The notes: a model not told the origin generated them from the sequence alone. Positions 1-9,925 are shown, numbered from the stretch's first letter. The stretch is DNA of 64,000 nt from an uncultured Chloroflexia bacterium (GCA_963720505.1 CAVRFT010000002.1:205478-269477); one strand, 5' to 3'. Numbers and translations: made by a program.

Positions 1-1
1 C

Positions 2-1267
2 CGGCGCCGCATCGCCTGGCAGAAAGTGCTCGGCCATGTCCTGATGGTCGGGGTGGCGATGGCCATCATCGGCGCCGCCATCGCGGTGGCGGGAAGCGCG
101 GTTGCCACACTGCCGGGTGACAAGATCACCCTCGAGGCAGCGTTCGGGTTCGCCATCTGGCTGTTCCTGATGTCCGTGGCCGCGGGTTCGCTGGCCTTCG
201 CCCTGGCGCCGTTCGTGGGGCGTGGCTCGGCGGCCGGGTTGTCCGGTGCCGTGATGCTGGGCGGCTTCCTGCTGAACGGCTACCAGCAGGCGATCCCGGA
301 GCTCGCGCCGTTCGCCAACCTGACCTGGTTCGGGTGGACCACCGACCACATCCCGCTGGCCAACCAGTTCGACTGGCCCTCGCTCGCGCTCGTCGCCGCC
401 TTCGTGGTTCTGATGATCCTGGTCGGAGTAGAGGCATTCGCGCGTCGCGACCTGGGCGCCACCACCGCCCTTCCCGGCCCGCGTCTGCCAGCTGGGCTGC
501 TGGGGCTGAGCGGGCCGACCGCCCGCGCATCGAGCGAGCGCTTTCCGACGGGCCTGTCGTGGGGCATTGGGCTCGGCATCTTCGGGCTGCTGATCGCCGG
601 CTCGGGCGCCGCCTTCATCGACCAGATCGGCGAGTCGCCGGAGTTCGAGCGGGTACTGGCCGGGATCTTCCCGGGCATCAACCTCGGCACGGTGGGCGGG
701 TTCCTGCAGCTGGTCTTCATCGAGTTCGGGCTCGTGCTGGCCGGCCTGGCGGCCGCCAGCATGGTCGGTGGCTGGGCCTCCGACGAGCGATCCGGGATCC
801 TCGAGATGCTGCTGCCGACCCCCGTCCGCCGAAGCTGGTGGCCGCTCTCCGGCGCCATCGGCGTCGGAGCGGCGATCGTGGTGCTCGTGGTCGTGACCGC
901 GGCTGGCATCGCCATCGGCACGCTGCTGGCGGGTGGCGAGCTGCTGACGCCTGTGGTGGGCACGCTCGCCATCGGGCTGTACGCCGCCGCCATGGCCGGG
1001 ATCGGGATCGCCCTGGGCGGCCTTTTCAACCCACGCATCGCCGCCCCGGCGGTGCTGGCCGTGACGCTGATCACCTGGCTCATCGACCTGATCGGCGGTG
1101 ACCTGGGCATCCCCGATGCCATCCATCAGCTGGCGTTGAGCACGCACATGGGGCAGCCCATGGTCGGGGTCTGGGATCCGGTGGGCATCGTCGCCTGCCT
1201 GGTCTTGGCGGTGGCCGGCGTGGCGATCGGCACCTGGGGCTTCAGCCGGCGCGACCTGAGAAGCTAG
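2..1267 (+). CDS. ABC-2 type transporter permease, 5'-partial, with two tandem permease halves
   Basis: The frame of track ORF 26..1267 stays open upstream to nt 2 (..RRRIAWQKVLGH..), so the 5' end lies outside the window. The product is almost entirely hydrophobic with many TM-length segments. Both halves end in the same motif (..VEAFARRDL near aa 150 and ..TWGFSRRDL at the C-terminus), as in ABC-2 permeases. The stop overlaps the convergent queG stop. Confidence 0.7.
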   Translation, partial: RRRIAWQKVLGHVLMVGVAMAIIGAAIAVAGSAVATLPGDKITLEAAFGFAIWLFLMSVAAGSLAFALAPFVGRGSAAGLSGAVMLGGFLLNGYQQAIPELAPFANLTWFGWTTDHIPLANQFDWPSLALVAAFVVLMILVGVEAFARRDLGATTALPGPRLPAGLLGLSGPTARASSERFPTGLSWGIGLGIFGLLIAGSGAAFIDQIGESPEFERVLAGIFPGINLGTVGGFLQLVFIEFGLVLAGLAAASMVGGWASDERSGILEMLLPTPVRRSWWPLSGAIGVGAAIVVLVVVTAAGIAIGTLLAGGELLTPVVGTLAIGLYAAAMAGIGIALGGLFNPRIAAPAVLAVTLITWLIDLIGGDLGIPDAIHQLALSTHMGQPMVGVWDPVGIVACLVLAVAGVAIGTWGFSRRDLRS

Positions 1268-2334
1268 CGCGCGGCCAACACCTGCGCCGCCTGCTGGCGG
1301 ACCTCAGCGCGCCGATCCCTTGACGCGCGCCGCAACACTTCGAGCGCCTCGTCCGAGAACGAGCCGGCGTTGCCGAGCGCGGCGATGGCATTGCGCAGGA
1401 GCCGATGCCGTCCCGCCCGCGTCAGCGCCGTCTCACCTACCGCCCGGTCGAAGGCGCGTGTCCCCAGCGGCAGCAGCCATTCGATCAGCGGCACCAGTGG
1501 CACGCGCAGCGGTCCGTCGTCGTCCGCCTCGGCGTTGACCGGGCAGACCTCCTGGCACACGTCGCAGCCGAAGATCCAGTCGCCGACGGCCCGCGCCTCC
1601 CACTCGCTCAGCACGCCACGGTGCTCGATGGTCAGGTAGCTGATACAGAGTCGCGCATCAATCGTCTGCGGGGCCACCAGCGCGCCGGTCGGGCAGCCGG
1701 ACAGGCAACGGGTGCAACCGCCACAGTTGGTGCGCACCGGCTCGTCGGCCGGCAGCTCGGCGGAGCTCAGGATGGCGCCCAGGAAGACCCACGATCCGGC
1801 GCGGTCATGCGTCAGCAGGTTCGTGTTCTTGCCGATCCAGCCGAGCCCGGCGCGCGCGGCCAGCGCCCGCTCCGCCAGTGGCCGGTCGTCGACGTAGGCG
1901 GTGGCGCCGGCCGGCAGGCCAGCTTCACGAAGGTCACTCGCCAGCCCTTCCAGGCGCCGCCGCAGGGCGACGTGATAGTCACTGCCGACCGCGTATCGGG
2001 CGATCTGCCCGGCGGGCTCGTGCGGCTCGCCTTCGAGCACCGGGGCGAGCGCGCGGTGCAGTGCATCCGCTGCCCCGTCCCACGCGCGACGGTCGTGGCC
2101 GGCGTACGGCGCCGCGACCACGATCACCGAGCGCGCATCGGCCTCGTGCTGTCGCGGGTCCGTGGCCGTGACGGGTCGCTGTCCGCCCATCCAGTCCATG
2201 TCCCCCATTCGTCCCGCGGCGACGCTCTCCTCCATGCGCGCACGGTCATCGGGTAGGGGTGCGGCGTCCGTGATGCCCACCAGCTGCAGCCCGTGGCGTT
2301 CGGCCAGAGCCTCCAGGCGGTCGCGCCCCGCCAT
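1264..2334 (-). CDS. queG: epoxyqueuosine reductase (tRNA epoxyqueuosine(34) reductase)
   Basis: Intact 356-aa ORF. It has two 4Fe-4S ferredoxin motifs (CGGCTRCLSGCPTGAL; CDVCQEVCPVN), a GWIGKNTNLLT motif and a C-terminal HEAT-like repeat (..LLRNAIAALGN..). Confidence 0.88.
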   Translation of the reverse strand: MAGRDRLEALAERHGLQLVGITDAAPLPDDRARMEESVAAGRMGDMDWMGGQRPVTATDPRQHEADARSVIVVAAPYAGHDRRAWDGAADALHRALAPVLEGEPHEPAGQIARYAVGSDYHVALRRRLEGLASDLREAGLPAGATAYVDDRPLAERALAARAGLGWIGKNTNLLTHDRAGSWVFLGAILSSAELPADEPVRTNCGGCTRCLSGCPTGALVAPQTIDARLCISYLTIEHRGVLSEWEARAVGDWIFGCDVCQEVCPVNAEADDDGPLRVPLVPLIEWLLPLGTRAFDRAVGETALTRAGRHRLLRNAIAALGNAGSFSDEALEVLRRASRDRRAEVRQQAAQVLAAR

Positions 2335-2337
2335 CGG

Positions 2338-2709
2338 TCAATCCGCCTCGAGAATGACCCCGGTCATGCGGCCGTCCTGCATGACGGCCTGCAGCTCACC
2401 GCGCTGCACGCGGCGGCGCACCGTCGAGACGCTGACGCCCAGCCGGTCGGCGGCTTCCGCCACGCGGTAGACCGGGCCCACCGACGGCGACTGTCCGAGC
2501 CGCTCCGCCACGACGTCGTCGTGGAGCTGCCGCTCCGCGTCGTCGGGGATCCAGCGCCGCTCGAATGCCTGGCCGTGGAACCGCCGCTTGCCGGCCGCGA
2601 CGGTGCGTCGCTGCTGCAGCACTGAGCCAATGGCCAGCAGGATCGCACCGGTCACCAGTGAGACCAGGCTGGCCAGGCCGAGATTCAGGCGAACGCGCAG
2701 GCCGCTCAT
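2338..2709 (-). CDS. membrane-anchored excisionase/MerR-type helix-turn-helix protein (123 aa)
   Basis: Start placed at ATG 2709, which forms an ATGA overlap with the gpsA stop. There is an N-terminal TM helix (LGLASLVSLVTGAILLAIGSVL) and a C-terminal HTH (VYRVAEAADRLGVSVSTVRRRVQRGEL). The 192-aa track ORF is an upstream extension running antisense-free through the gpsA 3' end. Confidence 0.65.
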   Translation of the reverse strand: MSGLRVRLNLGLASLVSLVTGAILLAIGSVLQQRRTVAAGKRRFHGQAFERRWIPDDAERQLHDDVVAERLGQSPSVGPVYRVAEAADRLGVSVSTVRRRVQRGELQAVMQDGRMTGVILEAD

Positions 2710-3716
2710 GCCGGCATCCCCGCCAGCTCGTCCTTCCGCTCCCGCGCCATCAGCGCTGCCACCGCCTCCATGGGCGCGCGGGCGTCGTGCACCACCGCCG
2801 CCACCTGCTCGGCAATCGGCAGCTCGACACCATGCTGCGCCGCCAGGTCCAGCGCCCCGCGAACCGTGCTCACGCCCTCGGCCACCCCGTTGAGCTGCGG
2901 GGCCGCATCGGTCCATGCCAATCCCGAGCCCATCAGCTCGCCGGCCCGGCGGTTACGCGACAGCGGGCTCATGCAGGTCGCGATCAGGTCTCCCACGCCG
3001 GCGAGCCCGGCGAAGGTCTGCGGGTGCGCGCCGGCCGCCACGCCCAGGCGGGTCATCTCGGCCAGGCCGCGGGTGATGATGCCGGCCTTCGCGGAGTCGC
3101 CAAAGCCCAGACCATCGACCATGCCGGCGGCCAGCGCCACAACGTTCTTGAGGGAGCCACACAGCTCTACGCCAACCAGGTCCGGATTGGTGTAGACCCG
3201 GAAGTGATCCGAGGCCAGCAGCCCGGCCATCTCGTTCGCCAGATCGGCATCCTCCGAAGCCACCACGCTGCCCGCCGGCTTGCCGGCGGCGATCTCGCGC
3301 GCCAGGTTGGGCCCGGACAGCACCGCCACCGGGCGGCCGGGCAGCTCCTGCGCGATCACCTCGCTCATGCGGCAATGACTGCGCTCCTCGATCCCCTTGA
3401 CCACGCTCAGCAGCGCCGCATTCGAGTCCAGGCTGGGTCCCACGCGCCGCAGCGTCTCCCGCAGATGAGCCGATGGAACGGCCAGCAGGTAGGCACGATG
3501 TGGCTCGGCCAGGAAGGCGTCGTCGGTCGCGACGCGGACGTTGGGCGGGAAGGACACCCCCGGCAGGTACCGGCGATTCTCACGCTCCTGCGCCAGCTCC
3601 TGGTTGCCCTCCGCGGTATGCGCCCAGATGGTGACCGGCCGCTCGGCGGCGGCCAGCATGATCGCCAGGGTCGTGCCCCAGGCGCCGGCACCAATGACGC
3701 CGATCTGGTCGGTCAC
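2706..3716 (-). CDS. gpsA: NAD(P)H-dependent glycerol-3-phosphate dehydrogenase
   Basis: Intact 336-aa ORF. It has a Rossmann motif (IGVIGAGAWGTTLA) plus LSGPNLAREIA and GSLKNVVALAAGM motifs. The GTG start overlaps the upstream stop (GTGA). Confidence 0.92.
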   Translation of the reverse strand: MTDQIGVIGAGAWGTTLAIMLAAAERPVTIWAHTAEGNQELAQERENRRYLPGVSFPPNVRVATDDAFLAEPHRAYLLAVPSAHLRETLRRVGPSLDSNAALLSVVKGIEERSHCRMSEVIAQELPGRPVAVLSGPNLAREIAAGKPAGSVVASEDADLANEMAGLLASDHFRVYTNPDLVGVELCGSLKNVVALAAGMVDGLGFGDSAKAGIITRGLAEMTRLGVAAGAHPQTFAGLAGVGDLIATCMSPLSRNRRAGELMGSGLAWTDAAPQLNGVAEGVSTVRGALDLAAQHGVELPIAEQVAAVVHDARAPMEAVAALMARERKDELAGMPA

Positions 3717-3985
3717 TCGACGGTGATCTCTTCACGCTCGGGCGGCGGCACCGCGGGCGGCTTCTCGTCGAGCTTGGCGATCCAGTGATCGAGGTAGCTG
3801 CGCGCGGCCAGCAGCTGCTCGCGGCCGGCGGCCCGCATGTGGGTGCGGGTCTGCGCCGGAAAGACCTCCCGCATTACCGCCCAGAACGCGGTCTCGACGC
3901 TCTCACGTCGCGCGCTGCTGCCCTTCTGACGCGCGTTCGAGCTCGCTGATCCGCGCCTCCAGCTCTTCGGTTCGCCCTTGCTCAT
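3713..3985 (-). CDS. hypothetical 90-aa protein, translationally coupled between the arsA-like gene and gpsA
   Basis: The ORF is bracketed by 4-nt overlaps: ATGA with the arsA-like stop and GTGA with the gpsA start. No family was recognised. An alternative frame across codons ~6-30 reads a coiled-coil-like ..EELEARISELERA.., so compensating indels cannot be excluded. Confidence 0.45.
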   Translation of the reverse strand: MSKGEPKSWRRGSASSNARQKGSSARRESVETAFWAVMREVFPAQTRTHMRAAGREQLLAARSYLDHWIAKLDEKPPAVPPPEREEITVE

Positions 3986-5184
3986 CCACGGCTGCCACCT
4001 CCATTGCTGTTCCGCGGCGGGGCCGCGAAGCGGATCTTGAGTACATGTTCGTCGAACTTGGCGCCGAGCGTCGGCGCGTCGATCAGGGCACGGGGCAGAA
4101 CCAGGTTGCGCCGCCAGCTGCCCACGTCGATCATGATCTCGTCGGCGTGGCGCGAGAGCGCGATCTCGTCCTTGGTCGCAAACGGCAGCTCCACGCTGAG
4201 CAGGAATTGGCCATCCTCGCGGGAGACGGTGTACGGCCGGCCGTGATAGTACTGGGCGGTCGGATCGGTCTCGGCGTACAGTGCCTGCCCCATCTCGCGC
4301 AGCATCGCCACACCCACCAGCTCGCGGTCGAAGAACGGCGCGTAGCGGACCGGGATCGGGGCGAAGGCCTGCTCCACCATCGGTCCATAGCGCTGCTGCG
4401 CTTCATACCAGCCCCGGAAATACTTCCAGCCGACATCATCAGGCAGGATCCGGTTGGCGATCACCAGGTCGGTCGGGTAGCCGTACAGGTGGAAGTAGGT
4501 GAAGGAGCGCTGCGCCTCCTTGATCACGACCTTCTCCAGGGTCAGCACTACACGGACCGAAGTCCGATCCGGATCGATCAGCAGGTCGTGCATGTGCTCC
4601 AGCTTGCGGAAGAGCTCCTCGCCGGCGTCGAAGACCTCGCTCGACGGGATGGGCATGCCGACCACGCGCTGGATGATCGGCCCGGTCAGCTTGCTGATCC
4701 GGCGGCCGATGGGCTCGATCTTCTCCATCCACCAGCGGCCCGCCTCGGGCATGGACAGGAGGCGGAGCGTCTCGCCAGTCGGCGCGGCGTCCACCACGAC
4801 CACGTCATAGTCGCCGGAGTCGTGGTGGTCAGCGATCCACAGCAGGCTGCCCACCTCGTCCATGCCGGGCAGCACCGTCATCTCGTCGGCCATCACGTCG
4901 TCCAGGCCGCGCCAGCGCAGCACGCTGGCCGCGTACTCCTGGATCTGGCCCCAGTACTTCGCCACGTTGTGGAAGACGTCCGACTCCTGGCCCCACAGGT
5001 TCGGGGCGATCTCAGTCGGCTCCGGGCCGAGCTCGACGCCGAAGGCGTCGCCCAACGAATGGGCGATGTCGGTCGAGAGGACCATGGTGCGCATCCCGCG
5101 GTCGGCGCAAGTGATGGCGGTGGCAGCGGCCACGCTCGTCTTGCCGACGCCGCCCTTGCCCGTGTACAGAAGGATCCGAGTCAC
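3982..5184 (-). CDS. ArsA/Get3-family transport-energizing ATPase with C-terminal HSP20-like domain
   Basis: It has a deviant Walker A (LYTGKGGVGKTSVAAA), a DAAPTGETLRLL signature (cf. DTAPTGHTLRLL of ArsA/Get3) and a C-terminal alpha-crystallin/HSP20-like region (..FLLSVELPFATKDEIALSRHADEIMIDVGSWRRNLVLP..). Track ORF 3982..6663 joins it to der only because der is frameshifted. The start is placed at GTG 5184, 23 nt after the der stop, and is uncertain. Confidence 0.8.
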   Translation of the reverse strand: MTRILLYTGKGGVGKTSVAAATAITCADRGMRTMVLSTDIAHSLGDAFGVELGPEPTEIAPNLWGQESDVFHNVAKYWGQIQEYAASVLRWRGLDDVMADEMTVLPGMDEVGSLLWIADHHDSGDYDVVVVDAAPTGETLRLLSMPEAGRWWMEKIEPIGRRISKLTGPIIQRVVGMPIPSSEVFDAGEELFRKLEHMHDLLIDPDRTSVRVVLTLEKVVIKEAQRSFTYFHLYGYPTDLVIANRILPDDVGWKYFRGWYEAQQRYGPMVEQAFAPIPVRYAPFFDRELVGVAMLREMGQALYAETDPTAQYYHGRPYTVSREDGQFLLSVELPFATKDEIALSRHADEIMIDVGSWRRNLVLPRALIDAPTLGAKFDEHVLKIRFAAPPRNSNGGGSRG

Positions 5185-5207
5185 GTGCTGATTGTCGCGG
5201 GTCCGGT

Positions 5208-6663
5208 CTACCGTCGCTTGGAGCGCCCCTTGGTCGCTACGCGCCGCGGCCGGGCCGAGCGACGCGCCGACTCCTCCGACTCGCGGGCGCGGAAGATGAG
5301 CCGGATCGGTGTGCCAAGGAAGCCGTACTCGTCGCGAATCCGGTTCTCGAGGTAGCGCCGGTAGCTGAAGTGGATCAGCTCCGGGTCGTTGACGAAGATC
5401 ACGAAGGTGGGCGGCGCCACTGCCACCTGGGTGGCATACAGGACCTTGCCCAGCCGGTTGCGGACGTGCGACGGTGGATGGGCGCGCACCGCATCGGTCA
5501 CGACCCGGTTCAGGTCGGCGGTCGGCCACGCGCCGGTAGCGCTCCTCGGCCACGCGGCGCGCTTCGCGCAGGATGCGCTCCACGCGCTGACCGGTCTGGG
5601 CGGAGGCGAACACGATGTCGGCCCAGGCCAGGTACGGCGCCTCACGACGCAGCACCTTGAGCCACGCGTCGGCGGTGTGGCCGTCCTTCTCGACCGCGTC
5701 CCACTTGTTGATGACCAGCACGATGCCCTTGTACGCCTCCAGCACGTGGCCGACCACGTGCGCGTCCTGGGCGGTGTAGCCCTCGATCGCATCGGTCATG
5801 ACCACCGCCACATCGGCCCGATCGATGGCCTTCATCGAGCGCAGCACCGAGTACCGCTCGATCCCCCGCTGGACCGATCCGCGCCGGCGGATGCCGGCGG
5901 TGTCGACCAGGATCATCGGCTCGTCGTCGACCACGACCGTCGTGTCGATCGGGTCGCGGGTGGTGCCTGGCACGTCGGAGACGATCATGCGTTCCTGCCC
6001 AAGGACCCGGTTCACGAACGTGGACTTGCCGGTGTTCGGTCGCCCCACGATGGCCACCCGCGGCGGCCCCATCTCCGTCTCGGCCAGCTCGGTGAGCTCG
6101 TCCGGCGACAGGGAGTCATCGGCCCAGTCCGGCTCCGCCGGTGCCGGCGGGGCGGGCGGCAGGGCGTCCACCACCATGTCCGCCAGGTCGCCGGTGTTGC
6201 GCCCGTGCTGGGCGCTGATGGTGATGGCCGGGTCCATGCCCAGGGCGTAGAACTCGGCGCCCTCCTGCTCCAGCCGTGGGTTGTCCGCCTTGTTGATGAC
6301 CATGATGGTTGGCTTGGAGGTGCGACGCAGCCGGTCCGCCACCTCGTGGTCGAGCGGAGCCAGGCCGGCGGCGGCATCCACCACGAACAGGATGACGTCC
6401 GCCTCCTCCATGGCCACGCGAGCCTGGACCTGGACCCGCTCCTCGATGTCGGTTCCGGGCTCCAGCTCCAGGCCGCCGGTGTCGACCAGGGTGAAGTCGC
6501 GGCCGTTCCAGTCGCCGGTGCCGTAGACGCGGTCGCGCGTGGTGCCCGGCAGGTCCTCCACGATCGCCAGCCGCTCACCGATGAGACGGTTGAAGAGCGT
6601 GGACTTGCCGACGTTCGGGCGGCCCACGATGGCGACGACGGGCAGCGACAGGCTGGGGGACAT
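5208..6663 (-). CDS. der: ribosome-associated GTPase Der/EngA (one frame break near 5520 in this assembly)
   Basis: There are two tandem GTPase domains ([20 protein letters not shown] and [20 protein letters not shown]). The KH-like C-terminus (..[36 protein letters not shown]) lies in a second frame (ORF 5208..5792). Removing one G from GCC-G-ACC-GCC at ~5520 restores ..[12 protein letters not shown].., matching the conserved RV.T..LN pattern. Confidence 0.88.
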
Positions 6664-6672
6664 GGCCCCAGT

Positions 6673-9600
6673 CTAGGGAGGACCTTGCTCCAGCAGCTCG
6701 CGGATGTGCTGGGCGCTGACCAGGTTCGCCTTGCGCTCGTGCTCAGCCAGGGAGCGCTCGAGTGCCGCCCGCGCAGCCATCCGGCCGGCCCGCACGTGCC
6801 TCGACGTGGGCGAGCGCCTCGAAGGTGTCGCCGCGCAGCTCCAGGAAGTCGGTCGGTTCGACCATGCTCGACCGCCTCGCCGATCAGCCGCTCGGCCTCA
6901 TCCAGACGTCCGTCGTCGGCCGCAGCCATGGCCGCGACGTAGCGCCACTCGCTCTGGGTGGCGATGTCGTTCGGGGCGCCCGCTTGCTGGGCCAGTGCTA
7001 TCGCGGCCTCCATCTCGTCGCGTCGGCCGAGGAGATAGAGCGCCTTGGCCTGCATGGCCGCCAGCGTCGACAGGACCCCCGTTTCGCCAATATCGCTGAG
7101 GATGGCAATGCCCAGCGGCAAGCTCGCGTTCGGCGGCCTCGGATATCTTCGGCGAGGAATTCGACCCATCCCCAGGAGAGGGCGAGACCCCCACGCCTCA
7201 CGACTCAGTCCACGCTCCTGGAGGTAGTCGCCCGCTTCCCTGAGGAGGCCGCGCGCCTCGTCGAAGCGCCCTTGCATCGCGACGAGCGGGGCCTGGATTG
7301 GGAAGCTTGGTCCGGCCGCACATCCGTCGGTCGACGCCAAAGCCAGGCCGCGCTCCATGGCCTCCGGGACCGGCACGGGACCGTATCGCAGCGAATTCCA
7401 GATCTGAAAGATCGTAAAGGGCCACAGCCGCGGATCCTCGCCAGGCTCCATGAGATCCAGCGCATGTTCCAGCTCCGCGCAGGTTGTCCATCCAGCGGCA
7501 CCGGCTGAGGTAGACAGCTGGCCCGGGCATGCGCGGCCGCGATCTGACCCCATTTGTTGCCACGCCTCTTTGGCCAGCTGATCCAGCTCATCCGCCAACG
7601 CCAGGACCTGATCCTCGTCGACGCGTTGGATCGGTGAACATGGATATCTCGAGGCGGGCGACCTTGGCGCGGAGGCGGAGCTCCTCGTCACCGCGCACGG
7701 GTCGCCGCGCTCTGCGCATCGTCAAACGCGCGCCACGCCTGCCCCATGTCGCCCATCTCCGTGTGCGCGCTGGCCACGTGGATGCAAGAGCTCACCGCGT
7801 TCCCGATCGTCGTCGATGAGCGCCGCGGCGCGGCTCAGCAGGTTCGCGGCCGCGTGCTGATCATTGCGGCCGAGCGCGCGCATGCCGGCCGGGCGCAGGT
7901 GCTCCGCGGCTCGCATAGCCGAGGGCGGTGGTCAGCTCATCGGTCAGGCCAAGCTCGGACCGATACCGGTGCGCCTGTTCCAGGTGGTAGCCAATGACCT
8001 CCTGGTACTCGAGCAGGCGATCGCCGGCGATCCGCTCCAGCCAGTCCGCAAACCGCGCATGCAGGTCCGCCCGCTGCTCCTTGGTGAGCGAGGCATATGC
8101 CGCGTCCCGCACCAGCAGGTGGCGGAAGCGGAATGCCTCGTCGCCGGTCGCTGCGGATCGATCGGGCCGGACGAGCTCCTTGCGGACCAGCGTCATGAGG
8201 CGCGGGCCGAGGTCTTCGCGCCGGTCGGGCGGCGACAGCTCGGCCACCGCAGAGCGCTGGAATGTCTTGCCGACGACTGCGGCGCGCCCGATGAGGTCGC
8301 GCTCGAGCGGTTCCAGATGGTCGAGGCGGGCCGCGACCAGCGCCGAGATGCTGGGCGGCACGGCAACGCTCTGCAGCTCGCCGGCCGCGCGCCAGCCGCC
8401 GTTCTCCTGCCGGAGGACGCCCTGATCCACGAGCATCGCGACCAGCTCCTCCACGAACAGCGGGTTTCCCTCGGCTGTTTCTCCGATCCGGCGCTGGACC
8501 GTTTCCGCCAGCTCGGGGCTGTCGAGCAGGTTGGCGATCAGCGAGGCTGAATCGTCGGCTCCCAGCGGCTGGAGCAGGATGGTGGTGGCATTCAGCTTGC
8601 CCCCACCCCAATGCGGGCGCGCATCGAGCAGCTCGGGGCGGGCGATCGCCAGCAGCAGGATTGGCGCTTCACGCGACCAATCGGCGATGTGCTCGATGAG
8701 GTCCAGCATCGTGGGCTCGGCCCATTGCAGGTCGTCGATCACCACGATGAGCGGTTTCGCGGCGGCAATCGCTTCCAGGAATTTGCGGACGCCCCAGAAC
8801 GTCTCTTCGGTGGCGATCGACCTCATCTGAGAGGCCGATGGCGGGGCATACCCGATCCAGGATTGGGTCCCGGTCAGGCGTGTTCTCCAGCAAATCCCGA
8901 AGCTTTCGAACTGCCGCCGCGGGCGGCTCATCCAACTCGATGCCCGCTGCCTCCTGCGCGAGCTCGATGACCGGCCAGAAGGTAATTCCCTCGCCATACG
9001 GGCAGGCACCGAGCACGCAGGACCTGTGCGCGCTCGCGCATCTGGCCAAGGAACTCATGGACGAGCCGCGACTTGCCGACACCGGCAGTGCCAAGAAGCG
9101 TGAAGAGGTAGCAGGCCTGCTCCTCATTTGCCCGGTCGAAGGCCTCCTCGAGCGCATGCAGCTCGCGGACGCGCCCCACCAGCGGCGTGTCGTGCCGGCG
9201 GACGGGCGCCCCACCGCCCACGCTGATCAGCCGATGCGCCTCCACCGGGTCGGCCTTGCCCTTGAGCTCCAGCGGCGGCATCGGCTCCGTCTCGACCAGC
9301 GATCGCACCAGCCGATGGGTGGTCCCACCAAGCAGCACCTGTCCCGGGTCCGCCGCTTGCTCAAGGCGCGCGGCCACGTTCACCGCGTCGCCAGTCACCA
9401 GGGTGTGGCCCGCGGTCGCCTCCCCGGCGACGACCTCGCCGGTGTTGACGCCGATGCGCAGCGCAATCGGGTTCCAGCTTGCGCTTGCCAGCTCCTCGTT
9501 CAGCAGCTCGACCGCGCTCTGCATCTCGTGGGCGGCGCGGACGGCTCGAAGCGCGTCGTCTTCGTGGAGGGTCGGGATGCCGAACACGGCCATCACCGCA

Positions 9601-9905
9601 TCTCCGATGAACTTCTCGACCGTGCCGCCATGCCGCTCGATGACGCGGCGCATGCCGTCGAAGTAGCGCGACAGCATCCGGCGAGTTGACTCGGGATCGG
9701 TCTGCTCGCCAAGCCGTGTTGAGCCGACGACATCGGCAAAGAGGACCGTGACCGTCTTGCGGACGTCGGTCGGATGCTGGGCGGCGACCAGCGCACTGCC
9801 GCAGTTCAGGCAGAAACGTGCGCGTTCGGGATTGTCCTCGCCACAGGTCTGGCACTGCACCATGTCGGCGCGAGTGTAGGTGAGGCCCCGCTGCGCCGCC
9901 GCCAT
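6673..9905 (-). CDS. zinc-ribbon / class III adenylate-guanylate cyclase / P-loop STAND NTPase / TPR-like signalling protein (about 1,050 aa, at least 8 frame breaks)
   Basis: The homology chain runs across ORFs 8928..9905, 8669..9214, 7861..9009, 7722..7916, further short shifts, 6012..7691, then two more shifts to stop TAG at 6673-6675. Motifs seen are a zinc ribbon ([19 protein letters not shown]), a cyclase domain ([36 protein letters not shown]), a Walker A ([12 protein letters not shown]), a Walker B ([13 protein letters not shown]) and a long helical repeat C-terminus. An alternative start is ATG 9863. Confidence 0.75.
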
Positions 9906-9925
9906 CCCGGCTAGGATCGGGGCCG

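Noticed and set aside
5511-5530. Apparent 7-nt tandem duplication (GCCGACC GCCGACC) at the der frameshift, which could have indicated a biological slippage or duplication event
   Set aside because: Removing the whole 7-mer gives ..RRVADLNRVV.., which loses the conserved Thr of the RV.T..LN motif. Removing a single G gives ..[12 protein letters not shown].., which matches it. A 1-nt insertion is the better explanation, and the repeat is coincidental.
3982-6663. 893-aa track ORF that looks like a Der GTPase-ArsA ATPase fusion protein
   Set aside because: The middle ~110 aa are Arg/Pro-rich nonsense. The genuine Der KH-like C-terminus and its TAG stop (5208) are in another frame (ORF 5208..5792). 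A single extra G near 5520 creates the read-through, so these are two genes and not a fusion.
6673-9905. Class III cyclase as part of a cyclic-nucleotide anti-phage system (Pycsar/CBASS-like)
   Set aside because: No effector with a cNMP-binding, TIR, patatin or TM-effector domain is adjacent. The cyclase is fused to a STAND NTPase and TPR, like the housekeeping-type signalling cyclases of high-GC Gram-positives. The neighbours are der and a glycosyltransferase. The evidence is insufficient for a defence call.
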